DNA of 64,000 nucleotides. Source: Candidatus Poribacteria bacterium. Its GTDB lineage: Bacteria; Poribacteria; WGA-4E; PCPOR2b. Each line of letters begins with the position of its first letter. Within the stretch, counting starts at the first letter, position 1. This document shows positions 9,157-19,592 of this stretch, one piece after another. Made by a program: the position numbers and the translations under genes. The stretch is taken from assembly GCA_965208675.1 (NCBI GenBank), contig OZ242351.1:3264001-3328000 (forward strand). Reading direction: 5' to 3'. The notes below the pieces were generated by a model. The model had not been told where the DNA came from, did not search any database, and was given only the letters and a program-made list of their open reading frames with translations.

Positions 9157-9561
9157 TTACCTGTCAATAACGAGAAAGACGGTCCAGGGCTTTGCGTCAA
9201 CGGGTACCCACCACGTATGATGAGACTTATAGTCAATTGATGGTGTGTGTTTTATCACGCCATGCGTCGGATTTAGGTTGCCTTCCGCAATCTGTCGGTT
9301 TTTGAATTTTCTGGCCCGTTTCTTCGTTCGCTCTAGACGTTTTTGCACGATTTGTTCGCTATCTTGCAAGTCTTTTTGAACGGACAGTCCACACCGTGTT
9401 ACCTTTGGAATATCGGTAAATTGATTTGGATTTGCTTCATAGACTGATTTGAAATCTTTTTCTTGCGGCGGGTTGTTTCGTACAAGACGGAAGAATGTAC
9501 CGGAAGCAGGTACGGCGTCCTCTGGCGGACAATTTTCTGGAAAAAAGTCTGGCCACTTCAA
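9157..9561 (-). CDS. Conserved-looking hypothetical protein, possible ART-fold toxin
   Basis: 134 aa; FPENCPPEDA, FFRLV, CGLSV, HHTWW; 33 bp upstream of the DUF6575-like gene. Confidence 0.55.
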   Translation of the reverse strand: MKWPDFFPENCPPEDAVPASGTFFRLVRNNPPQEKDFKSVYEANPNQFTDIPKVTRCGLSVQKDLQDSEQIVQKRLERTKKRARKFKNRQIAEGNLNPTHGVIKHTPSIDYKSHHTWWVPVDAKPWTVFLVIDR

Positions 9562-10096
9562 ATAGGAATTCCCTTCATTCGATAAATGATTGATTACCGA
9601 GTGTCATGTTTTGTTTTTTTTAACGTTTCGACAAATTATACTATACAGATGTGTTGTTTTCAAATCGATATAAGAAAGCAGATTTGTGATTTCTTAATGG
9701 TTCAGTGTGCTCTTGAGGGTTTTATCCCTCTGAGTTATCGACGATAGCCGTGGGCAGGCATTCGATAATTCTAGTTGATTCGACGCTGACGTGGACGATG
9801 CGTTTAATGGCGGCGAGGAGGTCGCGGGGGCGGTGACCCAGTCTACCCTTGCACAACTCACGAAATTCCTGTAGGTATTTGTGCCGTATAGTTTCATAGT
9901 TGGCTCGCGCATTTCAAATTTATTCTGATATTTCCTGCCAACTTGCCATTTAAGACTTCTTTATGGGTTAAAAGTGGAATAATGTAAAAAAACATAACCA
10001 TTAATGCCTTTTGCGTCTAGGCGTAATCTTCTGTTTGACTTCGGAGTAAGATTAAATTGAACGCACACGGCGCGTGCATTCCCAAGTAATTGGGAA

Positions 10097-10891
10097 CTAC
10101 ACTTTGTCGAGATGACTTGAAAACTTACGGTCACGACGGCCAACCCAGTATCCAATAATGATTCCAATGATGAATCCAACAAAAATAAGAACCACAAAGG
10201 TTTGAATTGTAAAATCTAAAGTCATAGTCCACTCCTTACTTTCTTCAACTTTTGTTTTAAGGGTTACGCAAAAGGCTATTACCAAATATACAAAGAACAT
10301 CGCCCCCCGAAGACGTTGGTGTTTCAATAAGCTTTTGCAACTTTTTCTGCGATACCTCAAATGCGAATCAAAACCTAGAATTTCCTCAATCTGGTGAATC
10401 CGCGAGAAGCGAATTTCAAATCTCCTTTTTGAGATTAAAGATGATAGGTACCAGTAGGTTATAAGCACCAACCCGCCGGTAACCCCCAATAGCTCTGGAG
10501 CGGGGTCCTTCAAATATGGTAACGTAAGTGCGACAATAGAGAGAGGCAGCAAAACAGCCGTCCATTTTGAGATCCAGTCATCATCCTGTCTCCAACAAAC
10601 ACCAAGTTCTTTATATTCTTCTAACAACCGATTTTCAACTTGGCAATCTAATTTTCTCAGCAGCGAATATAGACGCTCAATAGTAAAATTGGCTAATTTT
10701 TCAGTTTTGAGTTCTTCGAATCTGCATTCGCTCAGTTCCAAAAAGGCCGCCGCGTCACTATCGTTCATTTCGCGGCTGTCGATCAGGCAATTTATCCTTG
10801 ACGCCAGAAAATGTTTGGTCGATTGTTCATTCGAGTCGTTGGTACGCAACTCTTTGCAATCTTGTATGATGTTGCTTCTACGTTTTGCCAT
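10097..10891 (-). CDS. HigA2-like XRE HTH fused to a ~4-TM membrane domain
   Basis: LASRIN..ID.REMN..DAA..L......EL..EKL.NFTIERLYSLL..LD.QVE followed by EEY..L...WR and four hydrophobic segments. Confidence 0.65.
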   Translation of the reverse strand: MAKRRSNIIQDCKELRTNDSNEQSTKHFLASRINCLIDSREMNDSDAAAFLELSECRFEELKTEKLANFTIERLYSLLRKLDCQVENRLLEEYKELGVCWRQDDDWISKWTAVLLPLSIVALTLPYLKDPAPELLGVTGGLVLITYWYLSSLISKRRFEIRFSRIHQIEEILGFDSHLRYRRKSCKSLLKHQRLRGAMFFVYLVIAFCVTLKTKVEESKEWTMTLDFTIQTFVVLIFVGFIIGIIIGYWVGRRDRKFSSHLDKV

Positions 10892-11037
10892 GATTTTGCT
10901 CTGAGAAGTTATTTCGGTTTCTAGCCTTGTATATCGCGACTTTCTAGCTAATTACAAAACAAATTCCGCCGTGAATAACGTAGAATTAGGTTTGACTACG
11001 TTATATTCACCTTACACTAGGCGGCCACCTCAATGAT

Positions 11038-11655
11038 TTATTGTTCGCGTTGACTTGGTTGTCGTTGCTTCGATCTCCAATAAAAATAAAAGTATGTCAG
11101 GTGTGGAGTATTGCCGATTAAAAAACCTATGAATAGGTCCCAACTGAACCCATAGTACCTAAACGCAAATGTTATGTATAGAAAAATCCAAAAGATCCAT
11201 ATTGAAAGAAAGATGCGATTATAAATTGTGTGCCGCCATATTGAAAGACGAGCGTTTTTACGGAAGGCGAAATTGATTTCCCGGGTAAAAGGAACCCCAC
11301 TCATAAATAGAGATGAGAGTTCCTTCTCCAGTGCTAGAATGTAGTCATACTGGCGTTCGATTAGATTCCAAAGTTGCCAATACCTGTGACTAAGGATGAA
11401 AACGATGAATATAGGTAGTAATAAAACGTGAAGGACATTTAGGACAATTTCAACGCCTAATTTCTTGGAAAGCAACTTAGATATAGCACCAGTAGTTTCG
11501 TCTGGAAAGAATTGAAATACATACATTACGGCTAAAACAGCTAATAAAAAAAGCATCAATCGGTCACGTTGCTTCCGATAGCGAATTAGATGTGAAAATG
11601 TGTCCTTGTAATGGTCATTGAGGATTTCTATTTTCTTATCATTTGATGCAAACAT
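11038..11655 (-). CDS. Hypothetical ~4-TM membrane protein
   Basis: 205 aa; HYKDTF....RDRL, YI..LE.EL, FTRE; several hydrophobic helices. Confidence 0.65.
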   Translation of the reverse strand: MFASNDKKIEILNDHYKDTFSHLIRYRKQRDRLMLFLLAVLAVMYVFQFFPDETTGAISKLLSKKLGVEIVLNVLHVLLLPIFIVFILSHRYWQLWNLIERQYDYILALEKELSSLFMSGVPFTREINFAFRKNARLSIWRHTIYNRIFLSIWIFWIFLYITFAFRYYGFSWDLFIGFLIGNTPHLTYFYFYWRSKQRQPSQREQ

Positions 11656-11945
11656 ATGCCCAGCCCTGCCGCTACAATCGGCCTTTCACGTATTTTGCGC
11701 CAAGGATAGCGTTTGATTTTTCTCTTTCCGATTTCTACCGTATGGATGGATGTTCAGGGGTAAAATGTTGTGCTTACAACGATAATGTGCCCGTACGGCA
11801 AACATGTTCGAGTGCTATATGATCGGCTCATCGTCGGACACGGGCACTTCTATGTCGCACAAATACAAAATGCCCCGGTAATTCAAGGTTGGTTTTGTCA
11901 CGCGGATATCGCCTTACTCCAACAATCCCAAATCGCTTTAATCGC

Positions 11946-12671
11946 TCAGAAGTCTTTCTCGTCGGGTATATCCTCAATGGCATGGGCGCGCATACCTTTG
12001 CGTAGGTATGCTATACTTCGACTCAGTTGACCAAGAATTTTCTTCGGCTTAAAGTGGATGGTATGAGTGAAATCTGAAATTGCATTTTCATTATCGCCTT
12101 TAGAAAAGTAGATTAATCCTCGGCAGAAGTGGGCAGACGCGCTGTCTGGTTTTAGTTGGATCATTTGAGTAAGGTCAGCAATAGCGTTGTCGTGGTCGCC
12201 TTTGGCCAAATACACTAGGGCACGCCAGAGATGGGCATACGTTTCGTTCGGGTTCAACTGCAAAACCTGGGTAAAATCACAGATTGCGCTATCATCATCA
12301 CAGGTGCGGAAGTATGCCATTCCGCGATTGATGTGGGCGTCTGAAAATCCTACGTTCTGATCTATCGCCTTACTGAAATCTGCGATTGCGCCGTCATCGT
12401 CACCGTTTTCATAGAAAACCGACCCGCGAGCCAAATATGCACGCATAAGATATTCGGGCACTTTTGGGTTAGAGGAGTCAATTTCCATTAATTTGTTGAA
12501 ATCATCTATTGCCGAGGTATATGCGCTTTCGCGGAAATGAAACATCCCACGATTGCGATACGCATTGGCATCATTTGGGTTTTCAGCTATTGCTTGATTC
12601 CAGTATCCGAGAGCTTCATCTCGCGATGCTCTATAGCCCTTCGAAGATTTCACGTTTATTTCCTTTCTCAT
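11946..12671 (-). CDS. Tetratricopeptide repeat protein
   Basis: About six 34-aa repeats of the form AY.NRG..Y...GD.D.AI.DF. Confidence 0.9.
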   Translation of the reverse strand: MRKEINVKSSKGYRASRDEALGYWNQAIAENPNDANAYRNRGMFHFRESAYTSAIDDFNKLMEIDSSNPKVPEYLMRAYLARGSVFYENGDDDGAIADFSKAIDQNVGFSDAHINRGMAYFRTCDDDSAICDFTQVLQLNPNETYAHLWRALVYLAKGDHDNAIADLTQMIQLKPDSASAHFCRGLIYFSKGDNENAISDFTHTIHFKPKKILGQLSRSIAYLRKGMRAHAIEDIPDEKDF

Positions 12672-13057
12672 TACAGATAAAATATTTATCCAACCCCTGA
12701 CTGACTAGTGTTCAATTCCACCTCTGAGAATCCCGCAATCGTCGGATTAGGCTTACTTGTTGACGGGCGCCTATGAAAGAAGGATCTCAACACTCCAATT
12801 TGACCGCTCGCTATTCAAATTATTGGTGTGACTCCAGTGCAGAGGTGTTATAGCTCATTATTCCGATTAGTTGGCTGATAGGCCTTTTCCCCCAAATATA
12901 TGCAACAATCAATGACGTTATCCCAGAAGATCTACCGTCGTGAAAAAATTTATTGGTCTCCCCGTCTTTCCTGTTCCAATCTCAATCTTCACCATGCAAA
13001 ACATGATTGGCTTTCGACAATATACGAAGTCAAGTCCCAAGCCGTTAGTGGCGCTGT

Positions 13058-16024
13058 TTACAGCACAACCTTCGACTTCTTCCCACCGTGAATACTGGGT
13101 TCGGCACACAACCGCTCGCGGAGGTGATGCAAGCCCGTATGCACCTCCGGATGTGCAGTCTCAGATATTCCAAGGACCTCCGATAACAACCGTCGATCTA
13201 GTTCCTGACGCACCATATCTTCGTACATCTGATTGAATGGAAGCATCTTTTTGTGCTTCATCTCCTCAAATATTCTCTCGGCATTTTGCAATGCGTACTG
13301 ATCCAATTGACTCACATCCAACGTTGGCATTGACCGCAAAAGCGTTAAACGTATTGCCCCTCTACCTGCATGTACTCTGTTACAGCGCATCCAGTAATTC
13401 AATAAGCCCAGGGTTGAGTTACCCCACAATGCAAAGGCGTAATCGTGTGACGGGTTGCCAAACATGACATTGGGTAATAAGCGGATACCGATTGAAGGTT
13501 TCTCTGTGAATAGCACAGATAATGAATTCGAATTAAAACGTAATCCTATATTCAAGTGGATGCGGCTATTCCTGTCTAATATCCGTTGGGCTTTTTCCCA
13601 ATAATCGGGACGAATGTCGCCGTGTGAATCCGGTTGGACCACCATAGCACGTTGTATATCTGAATTGACGTGCCATAAGCCCGGATACGTATCTGTATCG
13701 GAGCAGCCAACTTCCATATCAAATGCCCCACGCGCCCCTTTAATCATTGTTTCGTCAAAACTAGTGGACGCAATTTTCTCAACAGTGCAGGTTGGGATTT
13801 CAAAAGGGGCGCGCTGCTCTGGTAACCAAATACACCCATTTGCCAAATGGTAGGCCGATTGCATTAACGCAAGCTCGCCAATGCAAGAGGTTGTCCATAT
13901 CTTATCCAACGGACAATTTAACGCAGACCCGACTATTTCATCCCCCACCTTGATGTGATTCCCACCAATCGGCGGATCTTCGAGCTTTCTGACTCCCTGA
14001 AGACTCTGAATCTGCTTACCTGTTTCAACCGCCTCTAAGTGGCTATTTGGCCGGCGGTGGAGACAGACAAATGTTCCACGGCCAGTGTTTTCCGTTGCGC
14101 CTTTTATTGCAACGACGAGGCATTCCGCCATGGCGGTATCGGCAGAAAATGCGCAGTTATCCGTTTTTTGATCGGCAATCGTAACTACGGTAACGTTATG
14201 ATAAGTAGAAGCCCATAGGTCACGTACCCTCTGCCAGTCTGGAGAAGTCAATACAGTGAGGGGAAGCACAAACCCCATCGTGGGCGGCCACATGGTGGTA
14301 TTTTCCTTCCCATTTTTTAACATTCGATCCGCAAGGTCAACGAAGTAAGAACCAAGCCCTGCATTACTATGTGCAATTGAGGTTTTTATACTTCGAAGCG
14401 CAGCTTTCATTTCTCGGGCAACATCTTCATTCCTATCTCCGAACACAGTCTTTGGAATATCAGGATTTTGCGAACTGGTGTCTGCTCCCGTCCGCGTAAA
14501 GGGCGGATTATCGACAATAATGTCAAACTCACGGTGCCGAAACTCGGGTTCAGGTGTGTCGCGATCGTCACCCTGAATTCGCTTCGAACGAAAATACACT
14601 TTCGCACGATCTAACTCTAATGGATTCGTCTCCTCCGGGTTTTCGAGTAGATCCAATGCTCCTATCGAAAATTGTCCATCGCGTCTTTGGGTGCCGTATT
14701 CCATAGTATGGATGCGGGTCTTCCCGATTTTTACATCCGGGTAGGTACTGGCTATAATCGAAGCAGTGAGGTGGCTGGCATTCGGCATGATGTCAGCCCC
14801 TAAGAGGTTATTCTCTACCATTTGCCGGTGAATATCCTTACCGCTGCCACCAGCCTGTTCATGGAGTGCTAATATTCGCTGGTAAAGCCCGTTTAGTAGC
14901 GCTCCAGTGCCGCAAGCAAAATCGGCAACCTTCGGGAAAGTGCGTAACCCACCATTCAGAGAAGGCTGTTGGTCGGGTAAGACGAGACCAGAAAGCAGGG
15001 CAACGGATTCGGGGCGCGTGTAGTTCGCCTTGATGAATCTGCGGTCGACAATCAACCGTTGGAAGACTATTCCTGCTAACTCATGTACCTGTTCTAGACG
15101 CCGCGTGATTAGTCTTTGGGCAGTGTCACGCAAAATGCGCAACACCTGGCCGACTAACGCATCATCTGTTGCGAGCACCTCCTCGGTTAGACGATACGCA
15201 ACATCAAAAATTGGACGGTAGTTAACCCGAATAACAGCTTTCCAAGCGTTCAAGACTTCATTGACGCTAAGTTGCTCAGCAACAGTTTGAAGTTGACTAA
15301 GGGAGGGTACCTCTTCCATTTCCGGGGTGCCAGCGAGGGCGCTCTGAAACACAAAGGCATTGGTAATTATTAACATCGCCATCCGATAGGTCTGTTTGCC
15401 TGCTTTTTGGTAAAGAATACCCTCAATGGTTTCTGCGATGCGACTACGTGACTCTGCGGTTTCGGCGAGAAGGGATGCGGCTTCATTTACGCCGCGTTCT
15501 AAATCCTCCGCGGCTTCGGAAACTTTGGAAACGGGAATTGCACCGATTCGGAGCGCAGCGGCAACGTCACCAATATTTCCAGCGATCCAACCGTTTTTGG
15601 GAAAACGGTGCGGATTGGTAATACGGTGAAGATCGTCTATGCTAAAGAGGGCGTACCGGAAGTCATCGGCACGGCGGAGTGCGCCGGAGATTTCCGCGGT
15701 ACTAAGTTTACGAAATCGATAGGGGACTCGTAACGACATTGCGGTTTTTAGCATTTCAAAAGGTGCCACATATTCTCCGAGACGTCCTTTCGCTTGTTCT
15801 TCCCCATCCAAATTTGCCGTATGTGCATAGTCAATTTTTACCTCTATGACTATTGGTTCTCTACCGGTTTCAAATACAGTTATATCGGGGCGTTTGGTTT
15901 CGAGCAGCAATGGCAACTGGGGTTCTACTTTCCAGGTATTTCTACGCTCGCGCAATATATCTGCTATGTAGGTCGTGATGGTGTCTTCAGCCTGCATATC
16001 CTTTATCCCTTGATCACTATCCAC
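13058..16024 (-). CDS. Type IIG-like fused restriction endonuclease / N6-adenine methyltransferase
   Basis: 988 aa; N-terminal RPDI...IVIEVK, MTase motif I DFACGTG, motif IV DNPPF, C-terminal TRD-like region. Confidence 0.85.
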   Translation of the reverse strand: MDSDQGIKDMQAEDTITTYIADILRERRNTWKVEPQLPLLLETKRPDITVFETGREPIVIEVKIDYAHTANLDGEEQAKGRLGEYVAPFEMLKTAMSLRVPYRFRKLSTAEISGALRRADDFRYALFSIDDLHRITNPHRFPKNGWIAGNIGDVAAALRIGAIPVSKVSEAAEDLERGVNEAASLLAETAESRSRIAETIEGILYQKAGKQTYRMAMLIITNAFVFQSALAGTPEMEEVPSLSQLQTVAEQLSVNEVLNAWKAVIRVNYRPIFDVAYRLTEEVLATDDALVGQVLRILRDTAQRLITRRLEQVHELAGIVFQRLIVDRRFIKANYTRPESVALLSGLVLPDQQPSLNGGLRTFPKVADFACGTGALLNGLYQRILALHEQAGGSGKDIHRQMVENNLLGADIMPNASHLTASIIASTYPDVKIGKTRIHTMEYGTQRRDGQFSIGALDLLENPEETNPLELDRAKVYFRSKRIQGDDRDTPEPEFRHREFDIIVDNPPFTRTGADTSSQNPDIPKTVFGDRNEDVAREMKAALRSIKTSIAHSNAGLGSYFVDLADRMLKNGKENTTMWPPTMGFVLPLTVLTSPDWQRVRDLWASTYHNVTVVTIADQKTDNCAFSADTAMAECLVVAIKGATENTGRGTFVCLHRRPNSHLEAVETGKQIQSLQGVRKLEDPPIGGNHIKVGDEIVGSALNCPLDKIWTTSCIGELALMQSAYHLANGCIWLPEQRAPFEIPTCTVEKIASTSFDETMIKGARGAFDMEVGCSDTDTYPGLWHVNSDIQRAMVVQPDSHGDIRPDYWEKAQRILDRNSRIHLNIGLRFNSNSLSVLFTEKPSIGIRLLPNVMFGNPSHDYAFALWGNSTLGLLNYWMRCNRVHAGRGAIRLTLLRSMPTLDVSQLDQYALQNAERIFEEMKHKKMLPFNQMYEDMVRQELDRRLLSEVLGISETAHPEVHTGLHHLRERLCAEPSIHGGKKSKVVL

Positions 16025-16732
16025 TCACCGGTCAACGAGCCACGCCACTGTTGAGAACTTTTTTCATCATTGCATAATTTCATCCGCACTGTCAAGAGTT
16101 TAATACGGCACTGCGGGCTAAGTGGTTGCAATAGAAACTCATCGTACGTGATGATTTACTCGACGCAAAATTAGGTTTGCTGAACGTGATGCAATCACAT
16201 TTTTGTGTAATGTTTTAGGCGAAAAGTGAAACCGTCGCCCATTGGCGTTTCGGCGGATTTATTGTGTTCACATTATTGTGTAATCGCCCCTCACTTCTAT
16301 CTTGAATTACCGACCTAGAATCGTTTTGGCTGCCATCTTTCGGGAATAATTCAGCAAGAATTACACTGAGTTGCTTTTTTTTCTTGACTAGGAAATATAT
16401 ACATAGTATTATTTAGTTAAGTAATATAGATGATGTGTTTAGGATTGCAGATAATTTTGATTGTATGTTTTTCAATGGAGAAGTTTGATAATCGCTTAAA
16501 TCACATTAAGGTCAAAAGCGTGGACATTACTTACCCCCATCCTTTGGAAAGAGGTGAATGACATTAAAGGCAAGAAACTTGTCCAATTCGGTCCATTTTA
16601 AACGCCCGCGAAAATTAGCAATACACCTCGTGTGACTCGGGCTCTGGAATTAGGAGAAAACTATCGCCTTCCCTAATCGCTCAGTTGATCATTGGGTTGT
16701 CCCCGTTGGTTTAACCCAACCTACAAATCCAT

Positions 16733-16860
16733 AAAATTCGTTTTATTTTAAACGGATGATTCACAGAGTTATGCCGTAGAACCCGCACCGGGTATGGATT
16801 TACAGTACACCACAATCGGTAATTCAGATAAACCAATTTCTTATAAAATTGTAACATTTT
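16733..16860 (+). repeat. ~125-bp imperfect direct repeat, copy 1
   Basis: TAGAACCCGCACC..GTATGG.TTTACAGTAC.CCACAAT...TTTCTTATAAAATTGTAACA shared with 18747-18881. Confidence 0.85.
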
Positions 16861-16874
16861 AGGGGGTATCTTCC

Positions 16875-17414
16875 ATGAAGTTAGCAGAAAAACATAAACA
16901 GTTCGTCGTAAAACGCTTCGCAAGATTCATGAAAGTCCAAGATATTGTTGGCGAATTCACGGAGGAGTTTGAGGATGATTTATACGGAATTTTCGGTGAG
17001 TTCACCACAGAAATGCAACAACGGCGCCGTCTGTCGGCATTGTTTCGCCGATTAAACATAATTCACTCCCAATTCCCGGAAAAGTATAGGCAGCTATTCA
17101 ATGAGGAACGAGAAAAATTCCTTGCCGATTACCGCGACACTTCGCTTCACATTCCAGACAACGTGACACGCGAGTTAGAAGCGCTTTACGGGTTGACGCG
17201 TGAACTTGCCTATGAACAGCGAGATGCCAAATTCATTACCATCGCGTTGCAGATACTCAAAACTATCGTTGCGTGCAATGCTGTCAACGCACGAGAGGAG
17301 CTAATTGAAATTACTCCCGAGGACGCGAAGCAGCTCGCAACCTCAGCCAAAACCCTCGCCGGTCAGGTGAAAAAGGAAACCCGACGATTGGAAAACATGG
17401 CAAACCAGAACTGA
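16875..17414 (+). CDS. DUF2280-like protein (phage terminase-small-subunit-like family)
   Basis: MKL.EKHKQFVVK.FA.F....IV..F.EEF and KYRQLFNE.RE.FL......L.......RELE.LY resemble DUF2280 as recalled. Confidence 0.55.
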   Translation: MKLAEKHKQFVVKRFARFMKVQDIVGEFTEEFEDDLYGIFGEFTTEMQQRRRLSALFRRLNIIHSQFPEKYRQLFNEEREKFLADYRDTSLHIPDNVTRELEALYGLTRELAYEQRDAKFITIALQILKTIVACNAVNAREELIEITPEDAKQLATSAKTLAGQVKKETRRLENMANQN

Positions 17415-17564
17415 ATCAAACGTAGCTTTTGTAGGTTGGGGGAGAGACAATTCCAAAGCCGTTCTCGTGGAGATAACCGCTCCGAATGCTCTACGATTAC
17501 CTTTGCAGGATATGCGTTGTTGACTTGGATACATGAAGAAAACAACTTGCAGAAAGGCGAAACA

Positions 17565-17987
17565 ATGAAAGAGCGATTACCAATCGGCAAGGTCAGTTAC
17601 CGAATTACCGTTAATTTGGAAATACAGCCGGAGGGTTGTTATATGGTAACCTGTGAAGAATTACCCGAATTATTAACTCAGGGCGATACTATTGAAGAAG
17701 CACTACACCATACCTTAGATGCTTTTATGGCGACAATAGAGCTGTATGAAGATGTTGGAAAAGAGATACCAGGCAATATCATTTATCCGAATGAACCTAG
17801 CAATCCTCCAAAAGTGTCTGTCCCTGCATTATCAGGCAACAAATGGACACAGACCGACTTAGCTAATCTATTTAAGACGAAAACGCCGGAAAGTAAACCA
17901 CCTGGAGATTCTACACCTTCTTACGTTTTTGAAGCAATAGTGCCCAATCTTTCTGATGAGATACCGAGAAATTTCCACGAGGCTTAG
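17565..17987 (+). CDS. hicB: HicB-family antitoxin
   Basis: LEIQPEGCYMVTCEELPELLTQGDTIEEAL; ATG 17565 with AAAGG upstream. Confidence 0.8.
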   Translation: MKERLPIGKVSYRITVNLEIQPEGCYMVTCEELPELLTQGDTIEEALHHTLDAFMATIELYEDVGKEIPGNIIYPNEPSNPPKVSVPALSGNKWTQTDLANLFKTKTPESKPPGDSTPSYVFEAIVPNLSDEIPRNFHEA

Positions 17988-18473
17988 ATATGTCGCGGCA
18001 AAGATTTCAAGGTAGATAAAGCCAAAAATTACATCATTCAGATATCCTATGAAGCCAAGCATCAGGGTTATGCTCAGCCCGAACCTTCGTCTTGGTTCCC
18101 TACTTCATAGGATTTTTTTTCCAATTAAACAAAAATATGGTGTAGGGGCAACTCTAATTTAGGCGGCAAATATGCGTAGTTACGCGTATTATTGTTTCTC
18201 AAATTCAAACGGTGTCAAATAACCTAACGCCGAAACGTACGCGAATTGCTGCTAGCGTTGGACATACGTAGTATCGCCTCCCCAAACTCCACAGCGCTTG
18301 ATCCATAGCGATACAGTATCCGTCCGTTCGGTGACGCGATAATTCCAACCCATGTCTTGCGGATATAACCGCTCCGATTGCCTTATGATTAGCTTTGCTG
18401 AATACGCGGAGCGAAACCCGACCTACAAAAACTTCATGACAAATGCGGGGCAAAGGGTAAACTATTAGGAAGA

Positions 18474-18700
18474 CTATCGCCCTCTCTATTCGGTCGGTTG
18501 ATCCTTCGCTATTCAGTCAGTTGATCCCCGCCTACTGCAATAAATTGACCCCCTCTAGCTCCCCCTTCTCAAGGGGGAGGATTTGCTAGAGAAAACTATC
18601 GCCTGCGCTGTTCGGTCGGTTTACCCGTCGCTATTCGCTCAGTTGATCCCCGCCTACTACATAAACTTGATTGGTCGTTTGATCGCTCGACCCAACCTGC
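18474..18700. repeat. Cluster of REP-like repeats (30-bp module copies, CCCCCTT..AAGGGGG hairpin, ACCCAACCT ends)
   Basis: CTATCGCC..GTTGATC-type modules at 18474 and 18596; CTCCCCCTTctcAAGGGGGAG hairpin at about 18559-18579. Confidence 0.75.
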
Positions 18701-18746
18701 AAAAGCAGCGCTAATGATTGAAGCGTATTTGAGGGAAATTCCTTCC

Positions 18747-18881
18747 AAAATTCGTAAAGTTCTTTTTTTTGACGGACAATCAGCAAATTTGTGCCATAGA
18801 ACCCGCACCACGTATGGGTTTACAGTACGCCACAATTGCTAATTCAGGCAAACCAGTTTCTTATAAAATTGTAACAATTTT
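18747..18881 (+). repeat. ~125-bp imperfect direct repeat, copy 2
   Basis: Matches 16733-16860. Confidence 0.85.
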
Positions 18882-19055
18882 TGGATTTTCGGAGGTTTTA
18901 AAAGCGTTGGGTTACGCTCTGCAAATTATTTCGACGTCACGGTAATGGAATTGGGACGATGTTCGTTCGCAAAAGCGGTATGGTAACTACCCGCTCAACC
19001 CAACCTACAAAAGCTAGAGAAAAGCTATAGAGCTCAGTTGATTGCGCAACGCAAC

Positions 19056-19592
19056 CTACAAAAATTTACGCGAACGGAATGTGGTTTCACCGAACAGGGA
19101 GAGTTGGCCGCCGGTCAGACGATTGATGATTTCAGCTTGGGACTGGGGTGCGTCGTTTTCGTCAATGTGGACTACCGGTATCTCGCCGTCAGTTAGGGTT
19201 GCGCCAATCAACTTGCTGCGGTGGCACGTCTCCGGTTTTCCCTCGCTGCACATGACGGCTATGCGTTGTTGTTGAGAGAAAGTGGTTTGGAGACGGATGA
19301 TTCCGTCGGCGTAAAATTGCGTCGCTTTTACCATCTCGTAATCCACAACCCCGTTCACGTAACAGTTTTCATCGTCGGGATGACCGCCGAGCGTATCGCC
19401 CATGAACATATAGCGTATATTGTGTTGCTGCAATGCCTCCGCCAGCTCCGCTTTGGAAAACTCCGGCTTGTAGCGCGAATAAGGCGTCGAACGTACATCG
19501 ACGAGGTATTCAATTTCATACCGCTGCAATACCTCGACAAACTGTTCAAAGGTGCGGCTTCCGTAACCGATGGTGTAAATCGGAATAGTCAT
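19056..19592 (-). CDS. DUF488 family protein
   Basis: IYTIGYG.R..E.F...L....I..LVDVR..PYS, LGG, MCSE..P..CHR. Confidence 0.92.
   Translation of the reverse strand: MTIPIYTIGYGSRTFEQFVEVLQRYEIEYLVDVRSTPYSRYKPEFSKAELAEALQQHNIRYMFMGDTLGGHPDDENCYVNGVVDYEMVKATQFYADGIIRLQTTFSQQQRIAVMCSEGKPETCHRSKLIGATLTDGEIPVVHIDENDAPQSQAEIINRLTGGQLSLFGETTFRSRKFL

Noticed and set aside
9694-9912. 72-aa ORF as a gene
   Set aside because: No recognisable motif or clear RBS; left uncalled
16030-16660. tRNA or ncRNA in the long intergenic region
   Set aside because: No cloverleaf or recognisable family; only a possible TTGACT-N17-TATTAT promoter near 16384
16875-17414. Prophage
   Set aside because: No large terminase, portal, capsid or integrase nearby
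18474-19060. CRISPR array from repeated 30-mers
   Set aside because: Copies are degenerate, irregularly spaced, in both orientations across the window and embedded in REPs
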